Origin: Betaproteobacteria bacterium
Lineage (GTDB): Bacteria > Pseudomonadota > Gammaproteobacteria > Burkholderiales > SG8-39
Length of the DNA stretch: 64,000 bases
Assembly (NCBI GenBank): GCA_022340285.1
Contig: JAJDOG010000002.1
Location: forward strand, 84,881-148,880
Direction: 5' to 3'
A program made the translations under genes and the position numbers. Below are positions 18,794 through 30,400 of this stretch, piece by piece (position 1 is the first letter of the stretch; each line of letters starts with the position of its first letter). The notes beneath the pieces were generated by a model, which was given only the letters and a program-made list of their open reading frames with translations, had not been told where the DNA came from and did not search any database.

Positions 18794-18825
18794 AAGTTGC
18801 CTTGCTTATCGTAAGCTAGGCAACT
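18794..18825. promoter_or_regulatory. Candidate MarR operator (perfect 8-bp inverted repeat)
   Basis: AGTTGCCT-N16-AGGCAACT lies 12 nt upstream of the marR ATG. Confidence 0.55.
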
Positions 18826-18836
18826 ATCTTTACGGG

Positions 18837-19334
18837 ATGTTCCGCGAGGATCTGTCCCGCAACTTCGGCTTCATCCTGAACGACGTGGCGCGCCTGTTGC
18901 GCACGAGCTTCGATCGGCGCGTAAAGGAGCTCGGGCTCACACGCTCGCAATGGTGGGTGCTCACGTTTCTCTTCCGCAACGATGGGGTGACCCAGTCCGA
19001 ACTCGCGGAGACGCTCGAGATCGAGAAGCCCACGCTCGGCAGGCTGATCGACCGTCTGGAAGCGAAGGGCTGGGTGCGGCGCGAGCCCGACGCCACGGAC
19101 CGGCGCGCGTGGCGCGTGCATCTCACCGACGAGATCGAGCCTGCGATGAAGACGATGCGCGCAATCGCCGCGGAGGTACGGCGCGACGCGCTGGCCGGCC
19201 TGAACGCCGCGGAGCGCGAGCGCTTCGTGGACATGCTGCTTGCGATCAAGACCAACCTATCGCGCCTGGAGAACGGCGCGGCGCGCAATGGTGTTGCCCG
19301 CAGTGGCACGCGCGCTAGAAAGCGGGGCGCATGA
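18837..19334 (+). CDS. MarR-family transcriptional regulator
   Basis: ATG at 18837. Winged helix-turn-helix LTRSQWWVLTFLFRNDGVTQSELAETLEIEKPTLGRLIDRLEAKGWVRR. Confidence 0.9.
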   Translation: MFREDLSRNFGFILNDVARLLRTSFDRRVKELGLTRSQWWVLTFLFRNDGVTQSELAETLEIEKPTLGRLIDRLEAKGWVRREPDATDRRAWRVHLTDEIEPAMKTMRAIAAEVRRDALAGLNAAERERFVDMLLAIKTNLSRLENGAARNGVARSGTRARKRGA

Positions 19335-20431
19335 GCGAGAAGCGTGTCCGGCGCATCATCTGGCCGCGACGCTTGGTGCGCGGCGTGCTGCTGGGGGTGG
19401 TGCCACTCGCGGCCGTGGCGGCCGGATTGCATTACTACGTGCTCGGTGGCCGTTACGAGGTGACCGAGAACGCTTACGTCAAGGCCAACATCATCGCCGT
19501 GAGCGCGGAGGTCGCGGGGCGAGTGGTCGAGGTCGCCGTACGCGACAATCAGCCGGTCGACGCTGGCGCACTCCTGTTCCGGTTGGATCCGACGCCATTC
19601 GAGCTCGAGGTGGCGCGGGCCGAGGCGCAGATGGCGGTGGTGCGCACCGAGCTTGAGGCGCTGCGCGCCTCGTACCGCGTGGCGCTGGCCGAGGCGGCGG
19701 AGGCGGAGTCGAGCATTGGCTTTCTCACCCGGCAGCTGGAGCGCCAGCGGATGCTGAAGGCGCGCGGCATGGGCCGCGAGGAAAGCTACGATGAAGCTCA
19801 ACACAACCTCGACGCCGCGCAACGCAAACTCGACAGCAGCCGGCAGCGCGCGCGAAGCGTGCTCGCGAGCCTGGGCGGTGAGGTGAGCCTTCCTCCCGAG
19901 CGGCATCCGCGCTACCTGCAAGCCATGGCGGCGCGCGATACCGCGCAAGTTGATCTCGCGCGCGCACGCGTCGTCGCGCCGGCGGGAGGCGTCGTGAGCA
20001 ACATGAAGCTGCAGGTCGGCGAGCACGTTGCGCGCGGCGTTCCGGTCTTCAGCCTGATCGAGAGCGGGCACGTCTGGGTCGAGGCGAACTACAAGGAGAC
20101 CCAGCTCACCTACATGCGTGAAGGGCAGCGCGCCACCGTTGCCGCGGACGCGTACCCGGGCAGCGAGTGGGAGGCGCGCGTCTCGGCGATCGCACCGGCG
20201 ACGGGGGCGGAGTTTGCGGTGCTGCCGCCGCAGAACGCCACCGGCAACTGGGTGAAGGTCGTGCAGCGTATCCCGGTCGTCATCCAGCTCGATCCCGTCG
20301 ACGGCGCGCCGCCGCTGCGTGCGGGCATGACGGTGAGCGTGAGCATCGATACCGGCCGTGAGCGCACTGTGTCGGGAAGCCTCCGCGAGCTCCTCGGACT
20401 TGCGCGCGCCGAGCCGGCAGTCGGGAAATGA
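19331..20431 (+). CDS. HlyD-family efflux membrane-fusion protein (EmrA-like)
   Basis: 366 aa with an N-terminal TM, a coiled-coil region and ..GNWVKVVQRIPVVI... ATGA overlap with marR. Confidence 0.9.
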   Translation: MSEKRVRRIIWPRRLVRGVLLGVVPLAAVAAGLHYYVLGGRYEVTENAYVKANIIAVSAEVAGRVVEVAVRDNQPVDAGALLFRLDPTPFELEVARAEAQMAVVRTELEALRASYRVALAEAAEAESSIGFLTRQLERQRMLKARGMGREESYDEAQHNLDAAQRKLDSSRQRARSVLASLGGEVSLPPERHPRYLQAMAARDTAQVDLARARVVAPAGGVVSNMKLQVGEHVARGVPVFSLIESGHVWVEANYKETQLTYMREGQRATVAADAYPGSEWEARVSAIAPATGAEFAVLPPQNATGNWVKVVQRIPVVIQLDPVDGAPPLRAGMTVSVSIDTGRERTVSGSLRELLGLARAEPAVGK

Positions 20432-21963
20432 CCCCGGACGCTGCACCGCGGGGCCGTGCGCGGCATCCCGCGCTCGTCACCGGCACGGTGATGCTCGCCA
20501 CGATCCTCTATTCGATCGACTGGACCATCGCCGTCGTCGCCCTGCCGCACATGCAGGGTACCTTCTCCGCCACGCAGGACCAGATCTCCTGGGTGATCAC
20601 GTCCTATATCGTCGCCTCGGCGATCATGATCCCGACCGCAGGATGGCTGAGTACTCGATACGGGCGCAAGCGCGTATTCATGACCGCCATTGTCGGATTC
20701 ATGGTCGCTTCGCTTCTTTGCGGCACGGCCGATTCGCTCACCGCGGAGGTTCTCTCGCGGATCCTGCAGGGGGCGAGCGGCGCATTCCTCGTGCCGCTTT
20801 CGCAGTCCATCATCCTCGATACCTATCCTCCCGCCGAGCAGGGCCGCGCGATGGCCTTCTGGGGGATCGGCGCGGTGATGGGGCCGGTGATCGGGCCGAC
20901 GCTGGGCGGATACCTGACCGAGTACTTCACCTGGCGGTACATCTTCTACATCAACATCCCGTTCGGTCTGCTCGCGCTCGCCGGCTGCGCGGCTTTCGTG
21001 CCGGAGACGGTGCGCGACCCGCGCCGGAGGCTCGACATGTTCGGTTTCGTGACGCTCGCGCTCGGCGTCGGGATGCTGCAGATGATGCTCGATCGCGGCG
21101 GGCAGCTCGACTGGTTCGAGTCGAACGAGATCGTGATCGAGCTCTGGCTTGCGGGTCTCGGATTCTATCTCTTCGTCGCCCACGTCCTGACGACCCGGGC
21201 GCCGTTCCTCGATCCGCGGCTGTTCGCCAACCGCAGTTTCACGGTGGGCATCGTTTTCGTATTCGTCTATGGGTTCATCACCGTACCGCCGCTCGTGCTG
21301 ATGCCGCCCTTCCTGCAAGATCTGCGCGGTTATCCCATCGACACGGTCGGACTGCTGCAATCGCCGCGAGGCGTGGGGCTCCTCGTGGCGATGCTGCTCG
21401 GGGGCCGCCTGACCGGGGTCGTCGGACCCCGCAAGCTGATCGCCTTCGGCCTCGCATGCATGATCGTGTCGAGCGCGGCGATGTCGCGCTGGAACCTGGA
21501 CGTGGGCGCCTGGCCGATCATCTGGACCGGATTCCTCCAGGGCGTCGGAGCGGGGATCATCCTGGTCCCGATCCAGGCGATTGCCTTTCCGACGCTGGAA
21601 CCCAGGCAGCGCACCGAGGCGGCTTCGGTGTTCAACCTCGTCCGCAGTATCGGCTCGAGCATCGGCGTCTCGATCGCCCTTACCCTCTTCACGCGCACCG
21701 CGACGATGAGCCGAGCGCGCCTCGTCGAGCACATCAACCCCTACAACGAGCTGCTCCACTACGAGTCGGTGGCGCGCGGCGTGGAAATCGGGACCACGGC
21801 CGGGCTCGCGGAGGTGGAACGCGAGATCGTCACGCAGGCGCAGCTCTTCGCGTACGTGACCGATTTTCGCCTGCTCGCGCTCGCCGCCGTGGCAGGCCTG
21901 CCGTTGTTGCTTCTCGCGGGCACCAGGCAGCGCTCGGCGACGGTGGATAATCCGACTGATTAG
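20428..21963 (+). CDS. MFS drug:H+ antiporter, DHA2 (EmrB/QacA) family
   Basis: 511 aa with about 14 TM segments. It has LPHMQGTFSATQDQISWVITSY and GRKRVF. Confidence 0.9.
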   Translation: MTPDAAPRGRARHPALVTGTVMLATILYSIDWTIAVVALPHMQGTFSATQDQISWVITSYIVASAIMIPTAGWLSTRYGRKRVFMTAIVGFMVASLLCGTADSLTAEVLSRILQGASGAFLVPLSQSIILDTYPPAEQGRAMAFWGIGAVMGPVIGPTLGGYLTEYFTWRYIFYINIPFGLLALAGCAAFVPETVRDPRRRLDMFGFVTLALGVGMLQMMLDRGGQLDWFESNEIVIELWLAGLGFYLFVAHVLTTRAPFLDPRLFANRSFTVGIVFVFVYGFITVPPLVLMPPFLQDLRGYPIDTVGLLQSPRGVGLLVAMLLGGRLTGVVGPRKLIAFGLACMIVSSAAMSRWNLDVGAWPIIWTGFLQGVGAGIILVPIQAIAFPTLEPRQRTEAASVFNLVRSIGSSIGVSIALTLFTRTATMSRARLVEHINPYNELLHYESVARGVEIGTTAGLAEVEREIVTQAQLFAYVTDFRLLALAAVAGLPLLLLAGTRQRSATVDNPTD

Positions 21964-22013
21964 CCAGGGCCGGCTGCAACGAGCCGGCGATCGAACGGAC
22001 AACGGAGGCCAGG

Positions 22014-22706
22014 ATGGCGAACGAAATTGCATTGATCGTCGGGGCAGGAAAAGGATTGAGCGCGTCGCTTGCGCGCGCGTGCGCAAAGCGGGGCATGAAG
22101 GTTGCGCTTGCCGCACGCAACACGGACAAGCTTGCCGCGCTGGCAGCCGAGACCGGGGCGAAGACGTACCCGTGCGATGCGTCCGACCCGGGCGATGTCG
22201 GCGCGCTCTTCAAATCCCTGGAGAAGGACCTCGGGTCGCCGACCCTGGTGGTGTACAACGCGAGCGCGCGCGTGCGCGGACCGTTCGTCGAGATCGAGGC
22301 CGCGCAGGTTTCCAAGGCCCTTCAAGTGTCGGCATTCGGGGGATTTCTCGTCGGGCAGGAGGCGGCAAAGCGCATGCTCAAGAGCGGGAGCGGGTCGATC
22401 CTTTTCACCGGAGCTTCGGCGAGCGTCAAGGGCTATCCGCAGTCTGCCTCGTTCGCGATGGGCAAGTTCGCGCTGCGTGGGCTCGCGCAGAGCATGGCGC
22501 GGGAGCTCGCCCCGAAGGGCATTCATGTGGCGCACTTCGTGATCGACGGCGGGATCGCACAGCAGGGCGACACGCGCGGCGATCGCGGACCGGACGGCTT
22601 CCTGAGTCCGGACGCGATCGCGCAGACCTACCTGCAGATCCACGACCAGCCGCGCAGTGCGTGGACGTGGGAGATCGAGCTGCGTCCCTGGACGGAAACC
22701 TTCTGA
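22014..22706 (+). CDS. SDR-family oxidoreductase
   Basis: 230 aa with VGAGKGLSASLA and YPQSASFAMGKFA (YxxxK-like). Confidence 0.8.
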   Translation: MANEIALIVGAGKGLSASLARACAKRGMKVALAARNTDKLAALAAETGAKTYPCDASDPGDVGALFKSLEKDLGSPTLVVYNASARVRGPFVEIEAAQVSKALQVSAFGGFLVGQEAAKRMLKSGSGSILFTGASASVKGYPQSASFAMGKFALRGLAQSMARELAPKGIHVAHFVIDGGIAQQGDTRGDRGPDGFLSPDAIAQTYLQIHDQPRSAWTWEIELRPWTETF

Positions 22707-22713
22707 GCGAGGC

Positions 22714-24438
22714 TCAGAACGCCTTGATGAGCTGGATCCAGCCCTGGGATGAGTGGCCCGTTTCCCCGGCGGCCGATTCGTCACCGAGCGACCAGGCGTA
22801 ACTCGCGTTCAGCGTCAGTCCTTCGCGGGCAAAGACGTTTACGCCGACGCCGGCTCCCGTCAGGGTGCGATGATTTGGCACCGGGGCGTACGGGCTCTTG
22901 TTGATCTGGATCGACCCGGAGTCGACGAAAGCCACTGCCTGCGTCACACCGGGGAATCCGGGAATCGGCAACGCGTAGCGTGCCTCGAAGGTTCCCAGGA
23001 TTCCTTCGTCACCCGGCGCCTCGCCGGTCGGATACGCACGCACGCCCAGCGGGCCGCCGAGCGAGAATTGCTCGACCGGATCGAGATTCTTGCTCGCGAG
23101 CTGGCCGGAGACCGCGGCGTAGAGCTGCAGCCTGCGGGTCAGGTTCTGGACACGAACCAGCGAGTAGTTGAGCTTGAAGAACCCTCCTTCGCTCTGCGTG
23201 GTCGCCTGGTCGATCGCGAGGGCCGTGGAATCCTGGATATTGAGTCGGCCGCCCGCGATCGCGAGGCTTCCGGCAGTGACGCCACCGGTCGGGCCGCCGT
23301 CGGGGGCGTCGCCGAAAAGCGTCAACGTCGCGACACCTTCCTTGCGCGGATTGAAAGCGCCTGCCGCGCCGATCTTGTCCTCGAGGTTTTTCGCGTCGAA
23401 CGCAAACTGGCCGTAGAGGCTGCCACGGCGCGAGCGAATCAGCGCGTAGCGCACGTACGCGGTGGCGATCCCTGCATAGCCGGTCGCGCCCAGCGCGGAG
23501 AGCGCGTCGCCGAGCGTGTAGTTGGTGTAGGTCCCGATCGCCCCGGCCTGGAGGCCATCGCCGGTCAAGGGCAGGTTATAGGCGATCTGGCCGTAAACCA
23601 GATCCGAGCGCTGTGCGACGATCGCCCGCGCGGCGAGCGTGTCGCCGCGCCCCGCGAGATTGTCCGCATGGAAGCTGCCGCCCAGTCGGTAACGGCCGGT
23701 GAGCTCGTTGCCGTAGTTGTCGACGCTCAGCGTGCCGCCGTAGCGCTCGGTCTCGGTGACATCGACGACCAGGTCGGCAGTTCCGGGTCTTTGCCCGGGT
23801 TTCAACGTGCCACGCGCCGCGATGCCGCCCAGATCGTCGAGCAGCAGGAGCGAGCGGTCGAGCGCCGCCTCCGTGATGACTTCGTTCGGACGGAGCGCAC
23901 GCACCGCCTCATTCGCCACGTCGCGCGAAAGTGGTGCGTCGACCGCGACGCTCACTTCGCCGTAGCGTCCTTCGAGCACAGCGAGCTCTACCACCCCGTC
24001 GCGAATCTCCTGGGCCGGGACGTACGCCCGCGCGACCGGGAAACCGCGCTCCCGGTACAGGCTTGTGACCTTGGCGGCGGCTTCGTTCAGGTCGCTCAGC
24101 GTGATCTCGAGCCCGGCGTAAGGCTGCAGCAGTGCGATCAGATCCGCTTCGGGGAGCGCCGTCACCCCCGTGAGCCGGATCCGGTCCACCCGAAAACGCA
24201 ACGCGTCGGGCCCCTTCAATGCAGGGCGTGCCGGCTGATCGACATCGACCTTTGGCTGGGTCTGCGGCGGCGGCTGGGGACGGGTCTTCTCGACATCGCG
24301 GATTGCGTCACCGATGCCGGGCAATTGCTGCGCGCGAACGGATGTCGTCGCAAGAACCGCCGGAATCAGCAGCCACAATACAAGCCGCCCAGATCGAATC
24401 AGGTCCTGCAGCAATTGCCCCTTTCTTCTTGTTGGCAT
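22714..24438 (-). CDS. Two-partner secretion outer-membrane transporter (TpsB; ShlB/FhaC/HecB family)
   Basis: 574 aa with a signal peptide, POTRA-like FRVDRIRLTGVTALPEADL.. and a C-terminal beta-barrel ending ..GWIQLIKAF. Confidence 0.9.
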   Translation of the reverse strand: MPTRRKGQLLQDLIRSGRLVLWLLIPAVLATTSVRAQQLPGIGDAIRDVEKTRPQPPPQTQPKVDVDQPARPALKGPDALRFRVDRIRLTGVTALPEADLIALLQPYAGLEITLSDLNEAAAKVTSLYRERGFPVARAYVPAQEIRDGVVELAVLEGRYGEVSVAVDAPLSRDVANEAVRALRPNEVITEAALDRSLLLLDDLGGIAARGTLKPGQRPGTADLVVDVTETERYGGTLSVDNYGNELTGRYRLGGSFHADNLAGRGDTLAARAIVAQRSDLVYGQIAYNLPLTGDGLQAGAIGTYTNYTLGDALSALGATGYAGIATAYVRYALIRSRRGSLYGQFAFDAKNLEDKIGAAGAFNPRKEGVATLTLFGDAPDGGPTGGVTAGSLAIAGGRLNIQDSTALAIDQATTQSEGGFFKLNYSLVRVQNLTRRLQLYAAVSGQLASKNLDPVEQFSLGGPLGVRAYPTGEAPGDEGILGTFEARYALPIPGFPGVTQAVAFVDSGSIQINKSPYAPVPNHRTLTGAGVGVNVFAREGLTLNASYAWSLGDESAAGETGHSSQGWIQLIKAF

Positions 24439-24490
24439 TGCACGGCGAAAATCCTTTCGCCGTCGATCCCCTTGCTAGCCGCTGTTCACC

Positions 24491-27400
24491 TCAGTGAACC
24501 CCGTCGGGCAGGCGGATCCCTGTACCCTCGATGACGAGTGGTTGCTGCGGTCCCGGAGCGTCCCCGCCATCCGGCGGCAACGCACAGGGCAGCGATCCGA
24601 CGGGCGTCGCATAGGCGAACACGTCGTCTCTGCATCGCCTGATACGCTGCGCACGCACCGTCCCCACGGCATCGCCTTGACTGCTTGCCCCGACGTCGAA
24701 TGCCGAGGCATTGCCGGGTGCCTGCGCAAAGACGTAGTTGCCGTTGTTGGCGGCAAGGCCGGCGCCCCAGATCGGATACACGCCCGGTACGAAGGTGTTT
24801 TGCACCGTCGTGGAGAAAACTGCTGTCCCGGTCGTGGCGTTGCCCAGGTTGTCGGCACCCTTGAACCCAGTGACCGTGCCGGTGAAGGTCGGCAGCGGCG
24901 CGAGCGTCTGGACGGACACCGGGTCCGCGACGTACTGAAGCGTCGCCGGCGTGACCACGAAGTTGCTTCCGACGTACGTGACGATGTACTCGATTGCCGG
25001 GGCTACCGCTACCGTACCCTGGTTGATTGCGTACGCCCCGACGTTTTCGCCCGCAGCGCGCGCGAGAGCACCGGAAACCGTATCGCCGGGCACGATCGGA
25101 CTGCCGGTCGTCCCCGGTCCCCCCGTTATGGTGTAGGTGTAGGCCGCCGGATTCGGGTCGCCGTAGAGCTTGGTCTGCCCGGCATCGGCAGCGATGGTGA
25201 CGGGACGCGCAACGACGGTCAGCTGCCCGTTCACGTATGTGAACGTGTAACCGACGTCGGAAACGAGCGTGCCCGGGGCGACTGTGATGGGGTAGGGATT
25301 ACCGGTGACCGAGCTCGTCGCTGTCGCCGTGGTGCCGAGGCTGGGCGCGCCGCTGTAGGCATCTGCAGCCGTGTCGCCGTTCGCGAGCCCGGTGACCGTC
25401 GCGGTGAGTGTCGGAACCGGCTCGCCGTAGATCTTGTTCTGGTTGTCTGCCGTGACCGTGAGAGAAGGCTGGTAGCTGTAGATATTGTGGTTACCGGGCT
25501 CCGTGATCGTCGCCGGGGGATTCGCCGCGTACGTCCGGTTGTACAGGTTGGGTTTTGCGTTGCCAGGGACTGGAACGGTGCCGGTGTTCTGCGCCGGGCT
25601 GCGCGAATAGGTGAGCCAGCGGCCACCGGCAGAGATCGTCGCCGCGCCGTAGTTGAGGTCTTCGCCGCTGGCCACCACGACATCACCGCCCGTCGAGGCA
25701 ATGCTGTTCGCGAGCGTGATGTCGTGGCCCGCTCCGGGAGTGGTCACGACCGTTGCGTTGCCGGTCGTCGACACGCCGACCGTTGCGCCGACCGTTCCGA
25801 CGGTGAGCGCGCCGGAGTTGAGAAGATTCACCGAGCCGGTCGACGCGGCCAGGGTACCAATGGTGTTGCCTGCGTTGGTCAGCGTGTGAGTGCCGCCGGC
25901 GCCGAGCAGGACGAGATTCGTCGCCGTGATCGGCCCCGTCTGCGTCACCGTGCCGCCGGTGGCGAGCGTGAGCGTGCCGGCATCGTTACCGCCGGGCGCA
26001 GGCATCGTCGTCGTGCCGACCGAAATGTTGCTGGTTGCCCCGCGCAGCGTGGTGTCGGCGTTGTAGTTGTTGTACGTCCCGGTCGTTACCGCACCGGAAC
26101 CGTTTGCACGACCGATGATCAGCGAGTCGAATCCGTTCTGGATGTAGCCGAGCTCGGTTGTGGACAGGTTGAACTCTCCGGCGCCACCGGCGACACCGAC
26201 CGTCGATGCCGGATCGATGGGCTGAAGCGTGAGCTGGCCAGTACCCCGCATCGCTGTATTGGCCAGCACGATACTGTCGGCGCCCGTCACGGTGTCGGCG
26301 CTGATCGTGATATCGCCGCTGTGTCCCGCCGCGCCGATCAGCGTGCCCGAGCCGGTCGTGATCACCCCGGGTGCCGCGCCCGCGCCGGTGCCGGTGACCG
26401 CAATGGTGCCGCTGCCCGCTCCCGACGACGTCACCTGGGCGCTTGTGTTGAGGCGCACGCCGTAGTTGTTGTTGCCGGTGCCCGCACCCTGCCCGGTGAG
26501 CGCCACGTCTCCGGTAGCCGACTCGACGCGCGCGCGAGTGCCCGTGAAATAGGCCCCGTAATTGTTGTTGGTCCCAGCGCCCCCCGTTCCAGTGACCGTT
26601 ACATTGCCGCTGGTGCTCGCCACGCGCGCGTCGGTCCCGGTCACGTAGACGCCAAAGTTGTTGGTCGTCCCGGTTCCGCCGGTGCCGTTTACGGCGATGT
26701 CGCCGCTGGTGCTCGTGACCCGCGCGTTTCCACCGGTCAAGTAGACACCGTAGTTCTGGGCGCCGCCGGTCTGCGCCCCGGTGCCGGTAATGGCGATGTT
26801 CCCCGCGGCCGTCTCGACGCGGGTGTTCCCGCCGGTGATCACGACCCCGTAGGAGCGCGTGGTCCCGGTCCCCGCCGTGCCGCCGGTGCCCTGGATGCTC
26901 ACGGTGCCCGTGCCGGTGGTCGTGACCTTCGCATTGCCCCCGGCGAGATAGACGCCATGGGCGTTGCGATTGTTGCCGTTCGTCCCGTCGCCGCCGGTCC
27001 CCGCGACCGATATCGAACCGTCGACGCTCTGCACCGAGCTCGTGTTGTCCATGCGCACGCCGATGTTGTTCGTCCCAAGCCCTTGCGCTTGGCCGGTGAC
27101 CGTGACGTTGCCGGTCGTGGACGAAATCAGCGTGTTGTTGCTCTGGAGATAGACGCCGTAGTTGTTGTTCGTCCCGTTGCCACCGGTTCCCGTGACGCTT
27201 ACGGTGCCGGTGCCCGTCGCCTCGACGCGCGCCGCGTTCTGGAGGCGTACGCCGTAATTGGCCGCACCCGCCCCAGCACCTTGGCCTGTAACGCTGACGT
27301 TGCCGTCGCCGCTCGCGAAGCCTGCACCGCTGCCGCTGACGTAGACCCCGAAGTTGTTGTTGGTGCCCGCGCCGCCGGCGCCGGCCACTGTGACGTCGCC

Positions 27401-30400
27401 CGACGTCGATGTGGCGCGGACGCCGGTTCCGGTGAGGTAGGCGCCATAGTTGCTCGCCCCCGAGCCGTTCCCGGTGCCCGCTAGGGTGATGTCGCCGCTA
27501 CCCGTCTCGATCCGCGTGTTGTTCTGATCCATCTGGATGCCGCGGTTGTTGTTGCTGCCCGCACCCGCGGTCCCGGTGACCGAAACGGAGCCGGTGCCGG
27601 TGGCAGCGAGCTTGGCGTTACCGCCGCGCAGGTAGACGCCGTTGTTGCCGGTCGTGCCGGCCGCGCCGGTTCCCGTGATCGTGATCGTCCCGTCGACGGT
27701 CTCCACGGCGCTGGTGTTGTCCATGCGCACGCCCATATTGTTCGTCGCGCTGCCTTGCGCCTGGCCGGTGACGGTGATGCTTCCCGTCGTGGTCGCGATC
27801 CGGGTGTCGTTGCTCTGGAGCAAGACCCCGTAATTCGTGCTGGTCCCGTTTCCGCCCGTTCCCATCACGGCTACTGTGCCGGTGCCGGTCGCCTCGACCC
27901 GCGCCGCGTTCTGCATGCGTACGCCATAGTTCGCAGTGCCCGAGCCGGCACCCTGGCCTGTAACGCTGACATTGCCGTCGCCGCTCGCGAAGCCTGCACC
28001 GCTGCCGCTGACGTAGACCCCGAAGTTGTTGTTGGTGCCCGCGGCGCCGGTGCCGGTCACTGTGACGTCGCCCGACGTCGACGTAGCGCGGACGCCGGTT
28101 CCGGTGAGGTAGACGCCATAGTTGCTCGCCCCCGAGCCGTTCCCGGTGCCGATCAGGGTGACGGCGCCGCTACCCGTCTCGATCCGCGTGTTGTTCTGAT
28201 CCATCTGAATGCCGCGGTTGTTGTTCGTTCCTGCCCCGGCTACCCCGGTGACCGAAACCGAGCCGGTGCCGGTGGCAGCGAGCTTGGCGTTACCGCCGCG
28301 CAGGTAGACGCCGTTGTTGCCGGTCGTGCTGGCCGCGCCCGTCCCGCTGACGGTGATCGTGCCGTCGACGGTCTGTACCGAGCTTGTGGCGTCCATGCGT
28401 ACGCCCGAATTGTTCGTGCCAGTACCCTGTGCCTGCCCGGTGATCGAAATGTCGCCCGTCACGGACGCAATCTGCGCGGTGTTCTGTAGATAGACTCCGT
28501 GATTGTTGTTCGTTCCGGCACCGCCCGTACCCGATACCGTGATGGTGCCCGCGCCGGTCGTCTGGATGCGCGCCGCGTTCTGAAGCCAGACGCCATAGTT
28601 GCTGGCGCCACCGGTGCTCCGGCCCTGCCCGTTGACGATCACGTTTCCGCCGGCGGCGTCGATCGTCGCGTTGTTGAGCCGCACGCCATACGCCTGCGAG
28701 GTCGCGCCGCCGGTTGCGGCAGTCGTCGTCGGATCGGCTCCGCCGCCCAGCGTGACATTCCCTCCGTTGCTGAGAATGGAGGAGCCGTTGTTCAGCAGGA
28801 TGCTGCCTCCGTTCACGCCGTCGCTATCGCTATTCAGCGTGACGTCGAGTCGGCCCGAAGTCGAAGAGATGGAGACGTTGTTGTTCAAGGTGACCTGGTC
28901 GTGTCCGCGCAAAGTCAGCGCCGCGTCGCCTCCGGCGGTCTTGGCGATGCTTGCGGCTACCGTCAGGTCGCCGTTCTGCGCACCCGATCCGTCTCCGGTG
29001 GTGATGATCACGCTGGTGCCGGCGTCGAGCTTGCCCGCAATCTGACTTGCCTGGACCACCGCCGCGTTTCCGGTGGCATTCCAATCAGGCGCCGTATTCG
29101 TGTTGTTGTCGGTGTTGGCCGTCGCGGCGCCGCCGATCGTCAGGTTGTACGGATCGAGGAGCCACGTCCCGCCCCGGCCGTTCGGTGCGGCCGCCTCGAT
29201 CGTGGCGCCGTCCACGTCGAGATGCTTGCCTGAGGTCTCGACGAAACCGCCATCGCCGCCTTCGCTTGCTCCGTTGGCAGTCAGCTTTCCGTACACCTGC
29301 GCCGACGTATTGCCCCAGACCACGATCTTTCCGCCGTCGCCGCTCGCGATCGCATCGGCCGACACTTCCGCGCCTTGCGCGACGAAGGTGCGGTCGGCAT
29401 TCTGCACTCCTGGATTGCCGCCCTGCACGTCGCCGCCGATCAGCACCGTTCCACCCCGCGACTTGCCGGATGCATCGATACGAGCGCGAGGGAGCACGGC
29501 AACCTTGTCGCCGGTGATCTCGACACGCCCGCCGGATTCACCGGCTTCGCGGCCTGACGCGTCGAGCGTGCCGCTTACCGAAACAACTCCGCGCTCACCG
29601 CCCTCGAGACGGATGACGCCGTTCTTCATGCTGACGCTGCGCGCCTCGATGACGCCCTCGTTGTTGACGACGGTGTCGAGCAGCGCGTCGCGCGCCTTCG
29701 CCGTGAGGATGATCTGTCCGCCCTCGGCGCGGATGAGCTGCTTGTTGGCGGCGAGAGCGCCGACGGCATCGCGGTCGACGGCGATGGCGAGGAGCTTGTT
29801 GTCGGCGAGCGTGAGGGTGACTTGCTCTCCGGCTGCGAGCGCCGCCGTGCCGAGGGGCGCCGAGATGACCCCTTCGTTCGAAACACGCGGGGCGAGCAGC
29901 ACGACGTAGCCGCCTTCGGCCGCCTCGATGGTGCCCTGGTTGACAACCGAGCCGCCATCGCCGGAGAAACCGTAGCGACCCGCGAGGAAATCCGCATCCG
30001 ACAAGCTCAGGGTCGACGCGACGATGCCTCCGACGTTGACCTGGGCGCCCGGGCCGAACAGCACACCGTTCGGGTTGAGAAGAAGCACCTGACCGTTCGC
30101 CGACAGCCGGCCGAGAATCGCCGAAGGATCCTGACCCAGCACACGGTTTAGCGCGATCGCCGAGGCGCCCGGCTGCACGAACTGCACCGACTCGCCGGGA
30201 CCGATATTGAATTGCTGCCAGTTGATCGCGGCCTTCGACGTTGACTGGCGGATCGTCATCTGCGAGCCAGTGCTCGAGATCGCGGCGCTCCCGGCGGAGA
30301 TTTCCGCACCCGTCGGCATCGCGGCCGCTTGCCACGCTTGCGCCCAGCCGAATGCCAGCAGGACCGCTTGGGCGATCCGCCGGCGGACCGGAGCGTGCCT

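Noticed and set aside
24491-25300. Possible CDI-type toxin tip and immunity gene at the C-terminus of TpsA.
   Set aside because: I could find no VENN or pre-toxin motif. The C-terminus consists of MBG-like modules. The next gene 52 nt downstream is the TpsB transporter, with no small immunity-like ORF between them.
24494-27484. 996-aa ORF antisense to tpsA, with other long antisense ORFs across 27755-29909.
   Set aside because: It is Arg/Ala/Gly-rich with no motifs and lies entirely opposite a gene with clear domain signatures. This is the typical artefact of high-GC repetitive DNA with few stop codons.
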